A stretch of DNA of 64,000 nucleotides from a virus. Position numbers and translations under genes: made by a program. Below are positions 60,937-64,000 of the stretch, piece after piece (the first letter of the stretch is position 1; the number at the start of each line of letters is the position of its first letter). The notes beneath the pieces are model-generated. The model was not told the origin of the DNA. It ran no database searches and was given only the letters and a program-made list of their open reading frames with translations. Where the stretch lies: IMG/VR virus record IMGVR_UViG_3300045988_109366, positions 1 through 64,000 of that record. One strand, given 5' to 3'.

Positions 60937-61697
60937 TTGGATTTATAGTTATCAAAAACAGCCTTTACGTATTTTAATTTCACTGGGCATTCACGACCAT
61001 CGTCCATTTTCACCGTTAAAGTTTCCTTGGTCTTGCTTATGGCTATCACCTCTCCTACTCCTATCTGGGTATGGACTATATCGCCTAGCTTTATATTACA
61101 TTTGATCATGGTCAAGCTTTTATTAAATTCCTCTATCTTGCTCCTGTCTGTCTCCTTGGTCATCTTAGCCTCTTCCTTAAACATATCATACCCTTCCCGG
61201 ATATTGTCGCCAACCATATTCTCTATCATCTCCCTTAGCTCATCGCTTCTTACGGCAAAAGATATCTGGAACGATTTACTTGTGCCTTTCATCAGGTAAT
61301 CAATCTCCTTCTTACATTCTGCCATTAACCGATCCAGATTATCAAACTTAACGAACTTGGAGTTGCCATTGGCTTTTCTTACCCCATCCTTGAAATCCTC
61401 CAATATCCCGTTAAATACATCCGCCATACACATCATGGAATGTAGCCATACCAGCATATTGAATTTATATTCATTATCAGCATTATTCATCAAGCCTGTC
61501 AAAGACTCACTTTTTGTCAACATGATTTTAGATTCTCGATCTACGATATCCTTTATCTCTTGCCGGTATTTCATGGCGCCAACGAAATCCATCTTAGAAT
61601 AACATTCATTTGATTTCTCTACCAATTTCCTGATATCCTTTCTAGACATCAGAAGATCCAATACCTGTTTTTCTCTTTCGTTTTTATCCATAATCAT
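60933..61697 (-). CDS. Hypothetical protein (254 aa) between nuclease and helicase
   Basis: ORF with ATGA overlap. KOW/SH3-like C-terminal pattern only. Confidence 0.65.
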   Translation of the reverse strand: MIMDKNEREKQVLDLLMSRKDIRKLVEKSNECYSKMDFVGAMKYRQEIKDIVDRESKIMLTKSESLTGLMNNADNEYKFNMLVWLHSMMCMADVFNGILEDFKDGVRKANGNSKFVKFDNLDRLMAECKKEIDYLMKGTSKSFQISFAVRSDELREMIENMVGDNIREGYDMFKEEAKMTKETDRSKIEEFNKSLTMIKCNIKLGDIVHTQIGVGEVIAISKTKETLTVKMDDGRECPVKLKYVKAVFDNYKSK

Positions 61698-61710
61698 TTA
61701 TTTATTGACA

Positions 61711-61718
61711 CAAATATA
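61711..61718 (-). promoter_or_regulatory. Minus-strand -7 promoter box TATATTTG
   Basis: 13 nt upstream of ATG 61697. Confidence 0.5.
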
Positions 61719-61721
61719 ATT

Positions 61722-61747
61722 AAAGCCTAGATATTTACCTAGGCTTT
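61722..61747. terminator. Hairpin terminator after the nuclease gene
   Basis: aaagcctag/ctaggcttt 9-bp stem. Confidence 0.55.
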
Positions 61748-61756
61748 TTAATAAAG

Positions 61757-62782
61757 TTAATCTTTTTTATTCTTTCTTTTTGACTCATCCCAATCCGATG
61801 AATACCTACATGTGTTTTGTTTGTGGATTGAGAAATCGCACCAAAAACACAAGGGCTTGGGGCGGGGTTCAAGGCAGGCCGGCTGGCGTCCCATGAGGTA
61901 GCGCTTCTCGTACTTATACCCCTGTTTGGCGTCGTCCCAAACGTGAGCTTGATAGCTATCTATTTTATTTGTCTCGAAATCATACATGTCAAGGAGAATA
62001 TCGTTAAGCTCCTTGACCGATCTCTCTACTTTCTCCTTATCTACCTTCACGTTCTGATTGTCCAGCATGCGGGTAAAGAAATAGCTGCACATATCCGGCA
62101 ATACCTTGTACTTTCTCAGTATGTAGAAGGCGTATATCGGATGCTGGAGATTGTGAAGCAGCTTATCCTCATCGAATAACTTTCTCCCGGACTTCCAGTC
62201 TATCGTATACATGGCTATCCTGTCTTTTGTCTTATACTCTCCACGCCAGTCCACCGATCCTATGATATGTACCTTATCGTACGTCACGCCATCCAAAGTA
62301 AGGGGCTTGGGTAGCTTATAGGGCAGGACGAAGTCCTCCTCCACGCCGGCCGGTCTCGACCCCCGGATCACCTTCTCCATTGGCGTAAGATCCGACCACA
62401 TTTTCTTATAGTTGCCAGCAGCATCCTTCTCAAACAACCCCACAATCCATCTTATTAACCTAGCCGCATGTTGCATGGACTCGATCTGAGATTTTACGCT
62501 ATCAAAAGGTATCTTCTCTATATCGGCGTAATAGTTAAATGCCTTACTCATGTCCTCATAAGAAGGTCTGCATCCGTTCTTGAAGAAATACTCCATCGTC
62601 TGGTGGATAACCGTACCATATGACGTAGCCTCATGCTTCTCCGTGGATCTGTGACCCTCCACGTAAGTCTTATACCACTTATACGGACACTGAACAAACG
62701 TGTCTATCTGTGAGTAGGATGCGGCAAGCACCTTCTCACCGCCTATCGTCTTGCATAGCAAGTTATTCTCCGGAACGATCAT
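61757..62782 (-). CDS. PD-(D/E)xK nuclease, Cas4/RecB-like with Cys cluster
   Basis: N-terminal CPYKWY, IDWK (D/ExK), QHPIYAFY (QxxxY), C-terminal CFWCDFSIHKQNTC. Confidence 0.8.
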   Translation of the reverse strand: MIVPENNLLCKTIGGEKVLAASYSQIDTFVQCPYKWYKTYVEGHRSTEKHEATSYGTVIHQTMEYFFKNGCRPSYEDMSKAFNYYADIEKIPFDSVKSQIESMQHAARLIRWIVGLFEKDAAGNYKKMWSDLTPMEKVIRGSRPAGVEEDFVLPYKLPKPLTLDGVTYDKVHIIGSVDWRGEYKTKDRIAMYTIDWKSGRKLFDEDKLLHNLQHPIYAFYILRKYKVLPDMCSYFFTRMLDNQNVKVDKEKVERSVKELNDILLDMYDFETNKIDSYQAHVWDDAKQGYKYEKRYLMGRQPACLEPRPKPLCFWCDFSIHKQNTCRYSSDWDESKRKNKKD

Positions 62783-63185
62783 AAAGCCTCTCCGTATTTA
62801 TGTCACGCTCATATAAATCCATCGAAATATTCTGTAGGTTATGCAAATACCTTATCTGGATAAGCTCGCTCAGGTTATCCTCCATATCCCTAAGTCCGAG
62901 ATAATACTCGTCGTCAAAAACCTCCATGGTCATCCCGTGTCCACGATATACGTCCCTATTCTTGTCACTCTTGAAACCGATAGCGTCAAGAAGGTTATCG
63001 TCTATCTCAATAGGCATGACATCATCTTCCCCTGAATACCATTTCATTATCCCATCATCAACCTCACGTTCAAGGATTAATGATCCACTTTCATTACGCA
63101 TACCGGTAACGCACCCTACTCTCCATATATCACCAGCTTTGTCTTTTACAAGATTGCCCGGTCTTAACTCCTTAACTGAAATCAT
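62763..63185 (-). CDS. Hypothetical protein (140 aa from MISVKELRPGN)
   Basis: Internal ATG of track ORF 62763-63224. Start uncertain. Confidence 0.55.
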   Translation of the reverse strand: MISVKELRPGNLVKDKAGDIWRVGCVTGMRNESGSLILEREVDDGIMKWYSGEDDVMPIEIDDNLLDAIGFKSDKNRDVYRGHGMTMEVFDDEYYLGLRDMEDNLSELIQIRYLHNLQNISMDLYERDINTERLYDRSGE

Positions 63186-63270
63186 ATTCTTCCTCCTCAT
63201 GATCGTCATCACAATCATCGACAAGAGGGGTCTCTAGCCCCTCTTCCCAATCATCATATCCGAAATCCAT

Positions 63271-63546
63271 TTATTTGTCTTTTAGATAATCATACAACAT
63301 ACCCATAAGCTCTCCTACCGTCAATTCGTGATAAGGCTTGACGTCAAGTGCCTCATCGGGTATACATTTACCCGTTTTCTTTTCCACTTCCATTATGACT
63401 TCTATAAAATCAAAGGGATCCATAGCCATATCCGTATCCAGCTTATACTCGTTCTTTATCTGAGCGGCATGATCAAGACCATTAAATTCACCCATCTTCT
63501 CGAATATCGCCTCCTTGACTACTTTTTCAACTTCTTTTCTTTCCAT
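63271..63546 (-). CDS. Acyl-carrier-protein-like four-helix protein lacking the phosphopantetheine Ser
   Basis: DMAMDPFDFIEVIMEVEKKTGKCIPDEAL parallels the ACP LGxDSLDxVELVMxxEExFxxxIPDE with DSL replaced by DPF. Confidence 0.5.
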   Translation of the reverse strand: MERKEVEKVVKEAIFEKMGEFNGLDHAAQIKNEYKLDTDMAMDPFDFIEVIMEVEKKTGKCIPDEALDVKPYHELTVGELMGMLYDYLKDK

Positions 63547-63547
63547 A

Positions 63548-64000
63548 CTAAATCGACATTTTCAATCTTCTACCTAATTCTTTTTTTATATCCGATATCC
63601 TTTCGATATCCATCTTAACATCGCCTGTGATAGCGTATTCCTTATCCATTCTCTTTGGGGGATCCGGAAGCCGGCTTATGGCGAACAACCATGCCAGCTC
63701 CTTGTTCTTGTTCTCCCTAAGATACAAGTCAGACGTCATGCCATACATTTTTATGATCGTATCGAATAACGTTGATTCCGATAAACTCATATGCACGCTA
63801 TACACATTTGATGGTTTCCAGATCAAGTTATCCAATCTCATCGTATACTCACGTTTAAGATCTATGTGGGATATTACGGCCCTTACTATAGGTTCTTCCT
63901 TGAAGTTGGTGTTAGCCACAAACCAGATAAGCCTTTTTTCCACCTCCTTGATAGCTCCTGTATCCTTACCCGTATCGTTATATACCCCAACGATACGGTC
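63548..64000 (-). CDS. Hypothetical protein, 5' end beyond the window
   Basis: The minus-strand frame is open from 63548 to the window edge. The track start at 63943 is an internal GTG. Confidence 0.55.
   Translation of the reverse strand, partial: DRIVGVYNDTGKDTGAIKEVEKRLIWFVANTNFKEEPIVRAVISHIDLKREYTMRLDNLIWKPSNVYSVHMSLSESTLFDTIIKMYGMTSDLYLRENKNKELAWLFAISRLPDPPKRMDKEYAITGDVKMDIERISDIKKELGRRLKMSI

Noticed and set aside
1-64000. CRISPR arrays, rRNA genes, integrase/attP, lysogeny module.
   Set aside because: No regularly spaced direct repeats, rRNA-like sequence or tyrosine integrase ORF were seen. The only recombinase is the IS607-type TnpA. Absence elsewhere in the genome cannot be judged from this window.

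Overview
AT-rich (by eye) dsDNA phage genome segment with two convergent modules. The plus strand (about 4.3-48.2 kb) carries a virion/structural module. It has very large ORFs of 2187, 768, 866, 963, 1626, 745 and 2148 aa, one with a tail-lysozyme domain. It also has fibre proteins with GDGTW repeats, BACON-like/DUF1566 surface-domain proteins and three interspersed KilA-N genes. The minus strand (48.5-64 kb) carries a replication/nucleotide-metabolism module: DnaQ-like exonuclease, DNA methyltransferase, MazZ-like dNTP pyrophosphohydrolase, DHH phosphoesterase, SF2 helicase, Cas4-like nuclease and an ACP-like protein. No capsid, portal, terminase or polymerase gene is recognisable here. About twenty copies of the Bacteroides-type -7 promoter box TAnnTTTG sit in front of genes, Shine-Dalgarno sequences are absent, and BACON/DUF1566 domains are present; together these point to a Bacteroidota host. 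Main unusual items: (1) at the left end, a three-cassette C-terminal domain exchange locus with one cassette inverted, sharing a 113-bp perfectly identical constant segment and lying next to a serine recombinase; (2) three TnpB (OMEGA) elements: an IS607-type tnpA-tnpB, an in-frame internally deleted mini-TnpB lacking RuvC-I, and a solo TnpB with a GC-rich omega-RNA region; (3) two late genes interrupted by single in-frame TGA codons, one exactly at the conserved Trp of a GDGTW motif; (4) a small family of promoter-proximal structured RNAs with complementary hairpin loops; (5) G9 and C8 homopolymer tracts just upstream of fibre-type genes; (6) a minus-strand tRNA(CAU) inside the plus-strand operon; (7) short islands of very high third-position GC inside most genes. 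All functional calls come from motifs read by eye; no database search was run.
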